From contig CAVQYR010000002.1 in assembly GCA_963718235.1 (NCBI GenBank), forward strand, positions 32,001-96,000: 64,000 bases of DNA, read 5' to 3'. Positions within the stretch are counted from its first letter, which is position 1, and each line of letters opens with the position of its first letter. The position numbers and the translations under genes were made by a program. This DNA is from an uncultured Actinomycetota bacterium. Lineage in GTDB: Bacteria > Actinomycetota > Actinomycetes > JAHEKZ01. A model generated the notes under the pieces. That model did not search any database, was not told where the DNA came from, and was given only the letters and a program-made list of their open reading frames with translations. This document shows positions 28,399 to 39,228 of the stretch, in pieces.

Positions 28399-29058
28399 CT
28401 ACGCCTGCTCGATCCGCTCGACCCGCTGTCCCGTGGCTGTGTGCACGATGCGGCGGGCGACCGACACCGAGTGGTCGGCGAAGCGCTCGTAGAAGCGCAC
28501 GGCCATGGCCAGCTCGATCGCCGCCTCGACGCCGTGCTGCCACTCCGGTGAGAACAGGTACGCCATGAGCTGCCGTTGCAGCTCGTCCATCCGGTCGTCC
28601 TCGGTCTCCATGCGCAGCGCGTGCTCTACGTCGAGGCTGGAGATGATGTCGCCGTCCTCGAACGCCAGCCGGACCGCGAGGTCGCCCATCTCACGGATGG
28701 TCTCGCGCAGCTCGTCAGGGACGGCCTTGCCGGGGTAGCTGTTGCGGGCGATCTGCGCGATGTGCTCGGCGAGGTCGCCCATCCGCTCCAACGTAGCGCT
28801 CATCCGCAGGGCGCCGATGACCGTGCGCAGCTCGCCGGCGACCGGCGCCTGGAGCGCGATGAGGTCGAGGGACTGCTCCTCGATCCGGTCGGCGACGACG
28901 TCGATGTCTGAGTCGCTGGCGATGACGCTCTCGGCCGCGCTCAGGTCGGCGTCGAGCAACGAGTGGGTCGCCCGGCCCATCGCGTCGCCGACCATCTTGG
29001 TCATGGTGACCAGCTCGCCGCGGATCTCGTTCAGCTGCTCGTGGTATTGCTCTCGCAT
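28399..29058 (-). CDS. phoU: Phosphate signalling protein PhoU
   Basis: LQAPVAGELR, LERMGDLAEHIA, DDRMDEL, RFYERFADH; divergent from senX3. Confidence 0.95.
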   Translation of the reverse strand: MREQYHEQLNEIRGELVTMTKMVGDAMGRATHSLLDADLSAAESVIASDSDIDVVADRIEEQSLDLIALQAPVAGELRTVIGALRMSATLERMGDLAEHIAQIARNSYPGKAVPDELRETIREMGDLAVRLAFEDGDIISSLDVEHALRMETEDDRMDELQRQLMAYLFSPEWQHGVEAAIELAMAVRFYERFADHSVSVARRIVHTATGQRVERIEQA

Positions 29059-29082
29059 GCCCCCAGGGTAGGGGGTGACCGT

Positions 29083-29141
29083 GTGAACTGAGGACTCGAC
29101 CGGTGAACGATGCTCGACCCGGGAGTGAACGTTCCTCTAAC
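29083..29141. promoter_or_regulatory. PHO-box-like direct repeats (GTTCAC on the minus strand)
   Basis: GTGAAC at 29083, 29103 and 29125 (last two 22 bp apart) between phoU and senX3. Confidence 0.55.
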
Positions 29142-30411
29142 GGACCACGCCCCGAGGACCGGGCCGGCAAACAGGCCGGTGCAGGCACGTACGCTGAGCG
29201 CCGTGTCCCGCAAGGAGTCCGGCAAGGACGCCGGCAAGCACCTGCCTCCCGGCGCGGAGGAGGTCCTGGTCACGCTGCGCCAGGCGTGGGTGGTGCTCGG
29301 CCCTGACGACAAGGTGGTCCGGCGAAGCGCTGCAGCGGTCCCCTACGGGCTGGTCCGCGGCAAGCGGCTTCGGGTCGACGAGGTCGCCACGCTGGTCCGC
29401 CGCGTCCGCCGCGACCGGGCCATGCGGGAGCTGTCACTGCAGGTGCCGCGCAGCCACCGGGGCACCGAGCTGCTCTCCCTCGACGTCCGGGTGGCCCCGC
29501 TGGGCGACCACGTGCTCGTGCTGGCCGAGGACCGTTCGGCCGTGCGCCGGGTCGACGCCGTCCGTCGCGACTTCGTCGCCAACGTCAGCCACGAGCTGAA
29601 GACCCCCGTCGGCGCCCTGTCGCTGCTGGCCGAGGCCGTGCAGGGCTCGGCCGACGACCCCGAGGCGGTCCGCCGCTTCTCGCACCGTATGCAGCACGAG
29701 GCAGGTCGACTGACCCAGCTCGTGCAGGACCTCATCTCACTGTCCCGGTTGCAGACGCACGACCCCCTGCGCGACGGCGCCAGCGTCCACGTCGACGACG
29801 TCGTCTCCGAGGCGGCCGACGGCATGCACCTGGAGGCAGACGCCAGGCAGATCAGGCTCGAGGTGCGCGGGCAGCACGGCCTGACGATGTTCGGCGACGA
29901 GGACCAGCTGGTCACTGCCGTGCGCAACCTGATCACCAACGCGGTCAACTACAGCGCGGATCACACGCGGGTCACGGTCACGGTGCAGGCCGTGGGTAAA
30001 CGTGACGACGTCGTCGAGATCGCCATCACCGACCAGGGGATCGGGATCCCGGAGGGCGACCTCGAGCGGGTGTTCGAGCGCTTCTACCGGGTCGACCCCG
30101 CCCGCTCGCGGGCCACGGGCGGCACCGGACTGGGGTTGTCCATCGTCAAGCACATCATCACCAACCACGGCGGTGAGGTTCAGGTCTGGAGCAGCCCCGG
30201 CTCGGGCTCCACCTTCACGTTGCGGCTGCCGCGCTACCGCGCGGAGACCGATGCGGTGTCGGCCGTGGAGTCGACCGCCACGACCGAGCGACGCAGCGCC
30301 AAGGCCGCCGTGAAGAAGCTCAGCAAGCCGATCGCCAAGCCCACCGCACCCCCTATTCCCGTCGACACACCCCCGCAAGGGGCCGGCAAAGACCATGAGG
30401 TGGCTTCGTGA
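29110..30411 (+). CDS. senX3: Sensor histidine kinase SenX3/PhoR; true start may be GTG 29179
   Basis: RRDFVANVSHELKTP, NAVNYS, DQGIGI, FERFYRVD, GGTGLGLSIVKH. Confidence 0.9.
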   Translation: MLDPGVNVPLTDHAPRTGPANRPVQARTLSAVSRKESGKDAGKHLPPGAEEVLVTLRQAWVVLGPDDKVVRRSAAAVPYGLVRGKRLRVDEVATLVRRVRRDRAMRELSLQVPRSHRGTELLSLDVRVAPLGDHVLVLAEDRSAVRRVDAVRRDFVANVSHELKTPVGALSLLAEAVQGSADDPEAVRRFSHRMQHEAGRLTQLVQDLISLSRLQTHDPLRDGASVHVDDVVSEAADGMHLEADARQIRLEVRGQHGLTMFGDEDQLVTAVRNLITNAVNYSADHTRVTVTVQAVGKRDDVVEIAITDQGIGIPEGDLERVFERFYRVDPARSRATGGTGLGLSIVKHIITNHGGEVQVWSSPGSGSTFTLRLPRYRAETDAVSAVESTATTERRSAKAAVKKLSKPIAKPTAPPIPVDTPPQGAGKDHEVAS

Positions 30412-31088
30412 CCCGAGTGCTCGTCGTCGAGGACGAGGAATCGTTCAGTGATGCGTTGTCGTACATGCTCCGCAAGGAGGGGTACGAGGTGGCCGTGGCG
30501 CAGACCGGCCCCGATGCGCTCGATGAGTTCGACCGGAGCGGTGCCGACCTGGTGCTGCTCGACCTGATGCTCCCCGGCCTTCCCGGCACCGAGGTCTGTC
30601 GCCAGCTGAGGCAGCGCAGTGGAGTGCCGGTCATCATGCTCACCGCGAAGGACAGCGAGGTCGACAAGGTCGTGGGCCTGGAGCTCGGGGCCGACGACTA
30701 CGTCACCAAGCCGTTCTCGTCACGTGAGCTGGTGGCCCGGATCCGGGCCGTGCTGCGTCGCGGTGGCGAGCCCGACGAGCTGTTGCCGCTGGTGCTGGAG
30801 GGTGGCCCGGTCCGGATGGACGTCGACCGGCACACCGTGACCGTCAACGGCGAGAGCGTGAAGCTGCCGCTCAAGGAGTTCGAGCTGTTGGAGATGCTGC
30901 TGCGCAACGCGGGCCGGGTGCTGACCCGGATGCAGCTCATCGACCGGGTGTGGGGCAGCGACTACGTGGGTGACACCAAGACCCTGGACGTCCACATCAA
31001 GCGGCTGCGGGCCAAGATCGAGGCCGACCCGGCGAACCCCCGCCACATCTTGACCTTGCGTGGGCTGGGCTACAAGTACGAGCTCTAG
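30408..31088 (+). CDS. regX3: Response regulator RegX3/PhoP
   Basis: MTRVLVVEDEES, LLDLMLPG, DYVGDTKTLDVH. Confidence 0.95.
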   Translation: MTRVLVVEDEESFSDALSYMLRKEGYEVAVAQTGPDALDEFDRSGADLVLLDLMLPGLPGTEVCRQLRQRSGVPVIMLTAKDSEVDKVVGLELGADDYVTKPFSSRELVARIRAVLRRGGEPDELLPLVLEGGPVRMDVDRHTVTVNGESVKLPLKEFELLEMLLRNAGRVLTRMQLIDRVWGSDYVGDTKTLDVHIKRLRAKIEADPANPRHILTLRGLGYKYEL

Positions 31089-31594
31089 GAGCCGCTGGGA
31101 ACCACGACGTCGGCGAACACGCCGTCCTGGGCGGTGACCAGGACGTCGCGGGTGACGTTGCCCGCGCTGGCGAAGCGCAGCGTGAGCGTGGTCCACGACC
31201 CGGCCGTGCTGCCGAGATCCGGCCACGAGACCGTTGGACCGCCCTCGCTGCCGATGGTCACGGTCGAACCGGGTGCGAAGATCAGCGAGCCGCCGGCGAT
31301 GGTGGCCGCGACGTCGTCGGCCGTGACCGCGACCAGGGACTCCGGCTCGTCGGTCTTGTTGCGGATCGTGGCCACCAGGGTGCCTTGGCCGGCGTCGTTC
31401 GCGACGATGATCACCCCACGAAGGGCGAGGTAGGGCTCACCGCGCGTGGGCTGAGCCGGGGCGTTGATGTTGCGGCCGTCGACCGGGCTGTACTCCTGCG
31501 AGGTCTGCGCGTTGGCGCCGGCTTGGCAGGCCGCCAGGGCCAGGGCGACTGCGCCGGCGGCCAGCGCGAAGCCGACGCGGCGAACGGGACTCAT
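31085..31594 (-). CDS. Lipoprotein, LpqE-like
   Basis: Lipobox LAAC followed by QAGANAQT; located upstream-divergent of carD. Confidence 0.65.
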   Translation of the reverse strand: MSPVRRVGFALAAGAVALALAACQAGANAQTSQEYSPVDGRNINAPAQPTRGEPYLALRGVIIVANDAGQGTLVATIRNKTDEPESLVAVTADDVAATIAGGSLIFAPGSTVTIGSEGGPTVSWPDLGSTAGSWTTLTLRFASAGNVTRDVLVTAQDGVFADVVVPSGS

Positions 31595-31696
31595 CACGGT
31601 GACGGGTACTCCTTCGGAGACGGGTCGGCCCAGGGTATCGGTTGGCCCCACCTTCGGGAGGGCCCACGGGAGGCATGGGTGGGGGCCCACGGGGGC

Positions 31697-32518
31697 CTAC
31701 AGGAGGGGACCCGAGGCCACGAGCACCACGACGTCAGCCACGGCGACGCCGGCGACCAGCACGAAAGGGGTGCGTGACCGGGCCGGCCAGGTGACGAGCA
31801 GCGCCGCCACGAGGGCCCCAGCCCCCAGCGAGAGCACGACCCAGCCGATCGGGGTGGGTGGGCCCGCCGGGGCCACCACGAGCACGGCCGTCGCGGCCGT
31901 GAGCGTGACCGCAGTGGCGACCCGGGTGCCGCGTCGGCCCAGCCGGTGCGGCAGACCCTGGACCCCCGCGTCCGCGTCGACCTCGAGGTCGGGCAGGGAG
32001 TTCACCAGGTGCGCGGAGACACCCAGCAGGCTGCCCGCCGCCATGGCCCACCCCGGGGGCCAGCCCGGCTCGTCGGAGGCCCAGGTCACGACCGCCGGCA
32101 ACAGGCCGAACGCGACCGCGAACGGGGCCCAGGACCAGCTGCTCGCCTTCAGGCGCAGGTCGTAGGCGAGCCCGGCTCCCACGACCCCGAGCAGGTGGAG
32201 GGCGGCCGACACCGGGCCGAGGAACACCGAGAGGGGAACGCTGACGGCCCCGGCCAGCCACGCGGCTGTGCGCACCTCGCGCCCGGACACCGAGCCCATG
32301 GCCACCGGCTTGTCCGCACGGTTGGCCGCGGCGTCGCGCTCGGCGTCGACGCTGTCGTTGGTCCACCCGATGCACAGCTGACCGGCCAGCACCGCGCCGG
32401 CGACGGACAGCGCCTGCGGCGCCGTCTGGCCGGCGCTGAGGGCCAGTGCGCCAGCGATCACCGTCACGGCAACCGTCGGCCCGAGATGGCTGGCCCGCAG
32501 GAGAGCGACGCCGTTCAC
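31697..32518 (-). CDS. UbiA-family prenyltransferase
   Basis: NDSVDAERD...RADKPV, NSLPDLEVD, multiple TM helices. Confidence 0.85.
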   Translation of the reverse strand: MNGVALLRASHLGPTVAVTVIAGALALSAGQTAPQALSVAGAVLAGQLCIGWTNDSVDAERDAAANRADKPVAMGSVSGREVRTAAWLAGAVSVPLSVFLGPVSAALHLLGVVGAGLAYDLRLKASSWSWAPFAVAFGLLPAVVTWASDEPGWPPGWAMAAGSLLGVSAHLVNSLPDLEVDADAGVQGLPHRLGRRGTRVATAVTLTAATAVLVVAPAGPPTPIGWVVLSLGAGALVAALLVTWPARSRTPFVLVAGVAVADVVVLVASGPLL

Positions 32519-32622
32519 GACGTCGCCTGCCGGCCGCACGCGATCCTGGTGAGGTCGGCGGTGAGCGGAGCCTCGGGCCGGTCGTCCTCCATCGACGACG
32601 CGTCGTCGGGGATGCCGGCCAT
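32515..32622 (-). CDS. Small 35-aa ORF coupled to the UbiA gene
   Basis: MAGIPDDASSMEDDRPEAPLTADLTRIACGRQATS*; its stop overlaps the UbiA GTG (GTGA). Confidence 0.4.
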   Translation of the reverse strand: MAGIPDDASSMEDDRPEAPLTADLTRIACGRQATS

Positions 32623-32799
32623 GGCCGCAGTCTGTCCGCAAGACCGCGCGCGTGCCATGACACCGCCTGGTTTGTCAAGCCCCCGGGGGGCCTTCGTTAC
32701 CCCTCCGGTAGGCCGCTGACCTGCGGAAACGCCGTGAGCTGTCCGCTTTGACCGTGTTAGACTGACCTGTCTGCCAACAACGTGTGAGGGGTTCCATCC

Positions 32800-33282
32800 A
32801 TGGCTTTTCAGGTCGGCGAGACCGTTGTGTACCCCCACCACGGGGCCGCCAAGATCGAAGCCATCGAGACCCGGGTCGTGCGCGGTGAGTCCAAGCTCTA
32901 CCTCGTGCTGAAGGTCGCCCAGGGCGACCTCACCGTCCAGGTGCCGGCCGACAACGCCGAGTACGTCGGAGTGCGTGACGTCGTCAACGCCGAGGGCCTG
33001 GAGAAGGTCTTCGACGTGCTGCGGGCGCCGTACACCGAGGAGCCGACCAACTGGTCGCGCCGGTACAAGGCGAACCTCGAGAAGCTGGCCAGTGGCGACG
33101 TGATCAAGGTGGCGGAGGTCGTCCGCGACCTGTGGCGCCGCGAGAAGGACCGCGGCCTGTCGGCCGGCGAGAAGCGGATGCTGGCCAAGGCGCGCCAGAT
33201 CCTTGTGTCCGAGCTCGCACTTGCCGAGAAGACCAACGAGGACAAGGCCGAGACCATCCTCGACGAGGTGCTCGCCTCCTGA
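32800..33282 (+). CDS. carD: RNA polymerase-binding factor CarD
   Basis: [41 protein letters not shown]. Confidence 0.97.
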   Translation: MAFQVGETVVYPHHGAAKIEAIETRVVRGESKLYLVLKVAQGDLTVQVPADNAEYVGVRDVVNAEGLEKVFDVLRAPYTEEPTNWSRRYKANLEKLASGDVIKVAEVVRDLWRREKDRGLSAGEKRMLAKARQILVSELALAEKTNEDKAETILDEVLAS

Positions 33283-33345
33283 CGTCCGCCCCGCCGGCGG
33301 GCTGAGCCGGCGGGCCCTCGGATCGAGGTCGACCCGAGGAGCAAG

Positions 33346-34560
33346 ATGCGTCGCCCAGGTACCCGTGGCGTGCCCAACGGGGTCGTCGAGCTGCTGCGCT
33401 TGTTCGTGGTGGTGTTCGCCGCCACGATCGGGCTGCTGATCGGCTCGTCGTTCGGCGTGGACAACCTGGTCGGTCCGTTCAACGCGGCCTGGGTCGGGGT
33501 GATCCTCGGTTGCGGCATCGGCTACGCCCTCGGTGGTGTCCTCGGGCGAACGACTCTGTCGATGGTCAACAGCACCGAACGAGCGCTGCGCTCGGTGAGC
33601 GCTGAGGAGATCGTCGGGGGCGTCTTCGGAGGCATCGTGGGCGCCGTCCTGGGTGCCGCGGTGGCCTGGCCGATGTTCTTCATCGGGCGCCCCACGCTGT
33701 CCATCCCGCTCTTCGGCTTCGTCATGGTGACCCTGGGCATGCTGGGCTTTCGAGTGGGAGCCAGCAAGCGGGAGTCGATGCTCGGCATGTTCGGCGTGCA
33801 CGCGGGCATGGCCCCCCCGGTCGTGACGGCGTCCTCACTGCCCAAGCTGGTCGACTCCTCGGTCGCGATCGACGGCCGGGTGCTCGACGTCGTCCGGGCC
33901 GGCTTCCTGCACGGCAGGTTCCTGGTGGCCACCCCGGTGATCACCGAGCTGCAGGGCCTGGCCGACGCCGGCGACGCCACCCGACGGATGAAGGGCCGGC
34001 GCGGGCTGGAGGTGCTGGAGTCGCTCAAGCGTGAGCCCGGGGTCGAGGTGACCGTCCTCGACGAGGAGGTGCCGGCTGTCCCCGAGGTCGACGCCAAGCT
34101 GGTCCGGCTGTGCATCGACCACGAAGCAGCCCTGCTGACCCTGGACACGAACCTGGCGAAGGCGGCTGCCGTGGCCGGGGTGCGGGTGCTCAACCTGCAT
34201 GCACTGGCGATGGCCATGCGCCCGCCGGTCACCGCAGGTGATGAGACCGACGTGCTGCTCATGAAGACCGGACGCGAGCCCGGTCAGGCGGTGGGCTACC
34301 TCGACGACGGCACGATGGTCATCGTCGAGCACGCCAGGGACTCCATCGGACACGCGGTGACCGTTACGGTGACCAGCGTGGTGACGACAGCGAACGGCCG
34401 GCTCGTGTTCGGCCGCCTCGGCGAGGCGGATCCGGCGAGCAAGGCTGCGACCCCCGCTGCTCGCCCACGCGGCAACCGTCGTGGTCCCGTCCGTGAGCCC
34501 TCCCCGCGGGTCGACCCCGCAGACGTAGTGGCACACGACGGCGCGACGTCCGGCGCGTGA
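33346..34560 (+). CDS. Membrane PIN + TRAM domain protein (YacL-like)
   Basis: Four N-terminal TMs, [40 protein letters not shown]. Confidence 0.85.
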   Translation: MRRPGTRGVPNGVVELLRLFVVVFAATIGLLIGSSFGVDNLVGPFNAAWVGVILGCGIGYALGGVLGRTTLSMVNSTERALRSVSAEEIVGGVFGGIVGAVLGAAVAWPMFFIGRPTLSIPLFGFVMVTLGMLGFRVGASKRESMLGMFGVHAGMAPPVVTASSLPKLVDSSVAIDGRVLDVVRAGFLHGRFLVATPVITELQGLADAGDATRRMKGRRGLEVLESLKREPGVEVTVLDEEVPAVPEVDAKLVRLCIDHEAALLTLDTNLAKAAAVAGVRVLNLHALAMAMRPPVTAGDETDVLLMKTGREPGQAVGYLDDGTMVIVEHARDSIGHAVTVTVTSVVTTANGRLVFGRLGEADPASKAATPAARPRGNRRGPVREPSPRVDPADVVAHDGATSGA

Positions 34561-35255
34561 CCACCGCGGCCGTCATCCCGGCGGCCGGACGGGGGGAGCG
34601 ACTCGGGCCCGGCGCCCCCAAGGCGCTGCGCGAGCTCGGCGGGCAGCCGATGCTGGTGCACGCCGTCCACGCCATGGCCACCGCCCGCAGCGTCGACCTG
34701 GTGGTGGTGGCGGCCCCGGCCGACGAGCTGGCCTCGGTCCGGGTGCTGCTGGCCCCGCTCGGCGGGGACACCCCCGTGCTCGTCGTCGCCGGCGGAGAGA
34801 CCCGCCAGGACTCCGTGGCCGCGGCTCTGGCCGCCCTGCCCGACGACGTCGACGTGGTGCTGGTGCACGACGCGGCCCGGCCCCTGGCGCCGCCCGAGCT
34901 GGCCGATGCTGTCGTCGCGACGATCCGGGCCGGTGCCGACGCGGTGGTTCCGGGCATCGCCCTGGCCGACACGGTCAAGCAGGTGGACCCGGCCGGCCGG
35001 GTCGAGGCCACCCCCGACCGGGAGGTGCTGCGCGCGGTGCAGACGCCTCAGGGGTTCCTGCGCGCGGTGCTGCAGGAGGCCCACGCGGCTGCCTCCGGGG
35101 CGAGTGCGACCGACGACGCCGGGCTCGTGGAGCGGCTGGGCCGTACCGTTCTGGTCGTGCCCGGCTCGGAGGAGGCGTTCAAGGTGACCCGTCCGCTCGA
35201 CCTGGTGCTGGCCGAGGCCGTGCTCGCCCGACGCCGGGCCGGCGGCAGCACGTGA
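34557..35255 (+). CDS. ispD: MEP cytidylyltransferase
   Basis: [46 protein letters not shown]. Confidence 0.95.
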   Translation: MTTAAVIPAAGRGERLGPGAPKALRELGGQPMLVHAVHAMATARSVDLVVVAAPADELASVRVLLAPLGGDTPVLVVAGGETRQDSVAAALAALPDDVDVVLVHDAARPLAPPELADAVVATIRAGADAVVPGIALADTVKQVDPAGRVEATPDREVLRAVQTPQGFLRAVLQEAHAAASGASATDDAGLVERLGRTVLVVPGSEEAFKVTRPLDLVLAEAVLARRRAGGST

Positions 35256-35746
35256 CCGCGGTGCCCCGGGTCGGCCTCGGGGTCGACGTCCACCCCCTGG
35301 TGACCGGGCGTCCGATGATGCTGGCCGGGCTGTCCTGGCCGGACGAGCCGCAGGGGTGCAGCGGTCACTCCGACGGCGACGTCGTCGCGCACGCGATGGC
35401 CGACGCCCTGCTCTCCGCCGCCGGGCTCGGCGACCTCGGCACAGTGTTCGGCACCGACCGACCGGAGTGGTCCGGCGCCTCGGGGGTGACCCTGCTGGCC
35501 GAGGTGGTGCGTCGGGTGCGCGAGGCCGGCTTCGGCGTCGGCAACGTGGCCGCCCAGGTGGTCGGGCAGCGCCCACGGGTCGGCGCCCGGAGGGCTGAGG
35601 CGGAGGCGGTGCTGGCCGAGGTGGTCGGCGCCCCGGTGTCGCTCGGCGCCACCACGACCGACGGGTTGGGCCTGACCGGCCGCGGCGAAGGCCTCGCCGC
35701 CCTGGCCACCGCCCTCGTCTTCCGCGCCGACGATCAGCAAACCTGA
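35252..35746 (+). CDS. ispF: MECDP synthase
   Basis: [34 protein letters not shown]. Confidence 0.95.
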   Translation: MTAVPRVGLGVDVHPLVTGRPMMLAGLSWPDEPQGCSGHSDGDVVAHAMADALLSAAGLGDLGTVFGTDRPEWSGASGVTLLAEVVRRVREAGFGVGNVAAQVVGQRPRVGARRAEAEAVLAEVVGAPVSLGATTTDGLGLTGRGEGLAALATALVFRADDQQT

Positions 35747-35794
35747 TCGTCGGCCGGCTTTGCGGGCCGTGCACGGCCCCCCAAGCCACCTCAC
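35726..35794. repeat. Second copy of the hairpin modules at 15908-15968, order reversed, overlapping the ispF stop
   Basis: GCCGACGATCAG-CAAAC-CTGATCGTCGGC, then GGCTTTGCGGGCCG...CGGCCC...CAAGCCACCTCAC. Confidence 0.7.
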
Positions 35795-35846
35795 CGCCAG
35801 TAAAGCCTGGAGAACCGGCCCTGACCCTGCCGATAGCCTGGCCCGC

Positions 35847-37244
35847 GTGAGCCTGCGCCTGTACGACACCGCGACCCGCCAGACCCGGGAGTTCGTGCCC
35901 CTGGTCCCCGGCGAGGCCTCGGTGTACCTGTGCGGGGCCACGGTGCAGTCACCGCCGCACATCGGGCACATCCGCAGCGGCCTGGCCTTCGACGTGCTCC
36001 GACGCTGGCTGACCCACCGCGGCTACGACGTCACGTTCGTCCGCAACGTCACCGACATCGACGACAAGATCCTGAACGGCGCCGCCGCCGAAGGCGTGCC
36101 GTGGTGGAACCTGGCACTGCGCAACGAGCGGGCGTTCTCGTGGGCCTACGACACCCTGGGCTGCCTGCCCCCGACCGGCGAGCCACGGGCCACCGGCCAC
36201 GTCACGCAGATGGTCGACATCATGCAGCGCCTGATCGACGCGGGACACGCCTACCCGGCGGGCGGCGACGTGTACTTCGACGTCCGGTCATGGCCGTCGT
36301 ACGGGCGCCTCTCGGGTCAGAAGATCGACGACATGCTGCCGGCGACCGACTCCGACCTGCCGGGAAAGCGTGACCCTCGCGACTTCGCGCTCTGGAAGGG
36401 CGCCAAGCCCGGTGAGCCCTCGTGGCCCACACCGTGGGGTCGTGGCCGACCGGGTTGGCACCTGGAGTGCTCCGCGATGGCCTACGCCTACCTCGGGCCG
36501 CAGTTCGACATCCATGGTGGGGGCATCGACCTGGTGTTCCCCCATCACGAGAACGAGATCGCGCAGTCCGAAGCAGCCGGTGACGGGTTCGCCAACTACT
36601 GGATGCACAACGCGTGGGTCACGACCAGCGGCGAGAAGATGAGCAAGTCGCTCGGCAACTCGCTGCTGGTCACCGAGGTCGTGCGGCGCGTACGGCCGAT
36701 CGAGCTGCGCTACTACCTGCTCAGCGCGCACTACCGCTCGCACCAGGAGTTCTCCGAGACGGCGTTGTCCGACGCGGCGACGACCTTCCAGCGGCTGGAG
36801 AACTTCGTGCTGCGGGCGCACGAACGAGTGGGCGACGTGACCCCGTCCGTCACGTGTGCGGACTTCGAGAACGCTATGGACGACGACCTCGGTGTTCCGG
36901 CGGCGTTGGCGGCCCTGCAGGAGGTGGTCCACGACGGCAACAAGGCCCTGTCCGAGAGCAACGAGGCCCTCCTGCGCGGCACACTCGCATCGGTGCGCGC
37001 CATGCTCGGTCTTCTGGGCCTGGACCCCCTGGCCGACCCATGGCGCGGCCACCGCAGTGACGACGAAGGCCTGCGATCCGCCCTCGACCAGCTGGTGCAG
37101 TCAGCTCTCGCCCAGCGGCAGGAGGCCCGGGCGCGCAAGGACTTCGCCGCGGCCGACGCCGTCCGGGACCAGCTCGCGGCGTCCGGCATCACGATCGAGG
37201 ACACCGCCGGCGGCGCGCGCTGGTCACTCCAGGGCGAGGGCTGA
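35847..37244 (+). CDS. cysS: Cysteinyl-tRNA synthetase
   Basis: [35 protein letters not shown]. Confidence 0.97.
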   Translation: MSLRLYDTATRQTREFVPLVPGEASVYLCGATVQSPPHIGHIRSGLAFDVLRRWLTHRGYDVTFVRNVTDIDDKILNGAAAEGVPWWNLALRNERAFSWAYDTLGCLPPTGEPRATGHVTQMVDIMQRLIDAGHAYPAGGDVYFDVRSWPSYGRLSGQKIDDMLPATDSDLPGKRDPRDFALWKGAKPGEPSWPTPWGRGRPGWHLECSAMAYAYLGPQFDIHGGGIDLVFPHHENEIAQSEAAGDGFANYWMHNAWVTTSGEKMSKSLGNSLLVTEVVRRVRPIELRYYLLSAHYRSHQEFSETALSDAATTFQRLENFVLRAHERVGDVTPSVTCADFENAMDDDLGVPAALAALQEVVHDGNKALSESNEALLRGTLASVRAMLGLLGLDPLADPWRGHRSDDEGLRSALDQLVQSALAQRQEARARKDFAAADAVRDQLAASGITIEDTAGGARWSLQGEG

Positions 37245-38212
37245 TGGCCGGCAACTCACAGCGCAGGGGCGCCAAGCGCAACCCGGGCTCGAAGAAGGGA
37301 TCGGTGGTCGGCACCGGCGGCCAGAAGTCCAAGGGACTCCGTGGGAAGGGGCCGACGCCGAAGGCCACCGAGCGTGACCATCACCCGGCCGCACGCCGGG
37401 CGCGGGCCACGGCCGAGCAGTCGACGCGAACGTCGGGCGGCAAGCGGCGGTCCGGCGGGTCCGGCGGGTCCGGCGGGCCGGAGTACATCGCCGGACGCAA
37501 CGCCGTGGTCGAGGCGCTGCGGGCGGGCGTGCCCGCGACCACGCTCTACGTCGCCTCGCGCATCGACAGCGACGACCGCGTGAAGGAGTCCCTCCAGCTG
37601 GCGGTCGACCGCGGGCTGGGTCTGATCGAGTCGGCCAAGCCCGAGCTCGACCGGCTGACCAACGGCGCCGTGCACCAGGGTGTTGCGCTGCAGGTGCCGG
37701 CCTACGAGTACGCGCACCCCGACGACCTCCTGGCTGCCGCTCACGACCGTGGCGAGCCCGCGCTGATCGTCGCGCTCGACGGCATTACCGACCCGCGCAA
37801 CCTCGGGGCGATCGTGCGATCGGCCGCGGCGTTCGGCGCCCATGGCGTCGTGGTGCCCGAACGACGAGCGGCGGCGATGACCGCGTCGGCCTGGAAGACC
37901 TCGGCCGGGGCCGCATCCCGGCTGCCGGTCGCCCGAGTCACGAACCTGAACCGCCAGCTGGCCAAGTTCCACGACGAGGGGCTCGCCGTCGTCGGCCTGG
38001 CCGCCGACGCAACGGAGTCCGTGGCGGACATGCCTTTCGCCGACGGACCGGTCGTGCTCGTCGTCGGTGCTGAGGGCGAGGGGCTGTCGCGGCTGGTGCG
38101 TGAGCACTGCGACGCGCTGGCCTCGATCCCGATGGAGTCGACCACTGAGTCGCTGAACGCCGGTGTGGCCGCCGGGATCGCGCTGTTCAGCATTGCGGCG
38201 CAACGCCGTTGA
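37244..38212 (+). CDS. rlmB: 23S rRNA Gm2251 methyltransferase
   Basis: [41 protein letters not shown]; follows cysS. Confidence 0.93.
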   Translation: MAGNSQRRGAKRNPGSKKGSVVGTGGQKSKGLRGKGPTPKATERDHHPAARRARATAEQSTRTSGGKRRSGGSGGSGGPEYIAGRNAVVEALRAGVPATTLYVASRIDSDDRVKESLQLAVDRGLGLIESAKPELDRLTNGAVHQGVALQVPAYEYAHPDDLLAAAHDRGEPALIVALDGITDPRNLGAIVRSAAAFGAHGVVVPERRAAAMTASAWKTSAGAASRLPVARVTNLNRQLAKFHDEGLAVVGLAADATESVADMPFADGPVVLVVGAEGEGLSRLVREHCDALASIPMESTTESLNAGVAAGIALFSIAAQRR

Positions 38213-38239
38213 CCCGCCCACGGGTACGCTCGAGGCTCC

Positions 38240-38312
38240 GCCGGCGTGGCGCAATTGGTAGCGCACCCGACTTGTAATCGGGAGGTTAGGGGTTCGATTC
38301 CCCTCGCCGGCT
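38240..38312 (+). tRNA. tRNA-Thr(UGU), CCA not encoded
   Basis: Acceptor GCCGGCG/CGCCGGC, D arm GCGC-AATTGGTA-GCGC, anticodon arm CCCGA-CTTGTAA-TCGGG, T arm AGGGG-TTCGATT-CCCCT. Confidence 0.95.
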
Positions 38313-38313
38313 C

Positions 38314-39228
38314 GTGGACATCGCAATAGTCGGTCTGGGCCGCATGGGCGGCAACATGTCTCGACGCATGGCACGCGGAGGGCACCGTGTCGTCGCGTGC
38401 GACCCCGACGAGAGCGCGCGCCGCGCGCTGGACGACGAGCCGGGGGTCGAGACGTCCGCGTCGCTGGCCGATGCGGTGGCGTCGCTCGAAGCGCCGAGAG
38501 TGGTGTGGATCATGCTACCCGCCGGTGCGGTCACCGACGGGGTGCTCGCCGAGCTGGGTGACCTGCTGCAGCCGGGTGATCTCGTGGTCGACGGCGGCAA
38601 CGCCAACTACCACGACTCCCAGCAGCGCGGCGCCGTGCTGGCGGAGCGCGGCCTGCGCTTCGTCGACGCCGGCGTCAGCGGGGGTGTCTGGGGGCTCTCC
38701 GAGGGCTACGGGCTCATGGTCGGCGGTGATGAGGACGACGTCGCCCGGGTCTCGCCGGTCCTGCGCACGCTCGCGCCGTCGCCGAGCTCCGGGTGGGTGC
38801 ACGTGGGTCCGGTCGGTGCGGGTCACTTCGCCAAGATGGTGCACAACGGCATCGAGTACGGGCTCATGCAGGCCTACGCCGAAGGATTCGCGATGCTGCG
38901 CGCCCGCCACGACCTCGTCGGCGACGTCGGCGCTGTGGCCGAGGCGTGGCGCGAGGGCACCGTGATCAGGTCGTGGCTGCTTGACCTCGCTGCGGGGGTC
39001 CTGGCCCATGACCAGACGCTCGGCGACGTGGCGCCCGTGGTTGCGGACTCCGGTGAGGGCCGGTGGACCGTGCACGAGGCGGTCGACCTCGGCGTCCCGA
39101 TCCCGGTGATCACGGCTGCGCTGTACGACAGGTTCAGCAGCCAGGGCAACGGCGACTACGGCGACCAGCTGCTCGCCAAGCTGCGTCAGGCCTTCGGCGG
39201 CCACCCCGTCGCCCCGCCGAAGAGCTAG
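38314..39228 (+). CDS. gnd: 6-phosphogluconate dehydrogenase, short-chain (YqeC-type)
   Basis: GLGRMG, DGGNA, DAGVSGGVWG, KMVHNGIEYGLMQ, DSGEGRWT, FGGH. Confidence 0.92.
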   Translation: MDIAIVGLGRMGGNMSRRMARGGHRVVACDPDESARRALDDEPGVETSASLADAVASLEAPRVVWIMLPAGAVTDGVLAELGDLLQPGDLVVDGGNANYHDSQQRGAVLAERGLRFVDAGVSGGVWGLSEGYGLMVGGDEDDVARVSPVLRTLAPSPSSGWVHVGPVGAGHFAKMVHNGIEYGLMQAYAEGFAMLRARHDLVGDVGAVAEAWREGTVIRSWLLDLAAGVLAHDQTLGDVAPVVADSGEGRWTVHEAVDLGVPIPVITAALYDRFSSQGNGDYGDQLLAKLRQAFGGHPVAPPKS

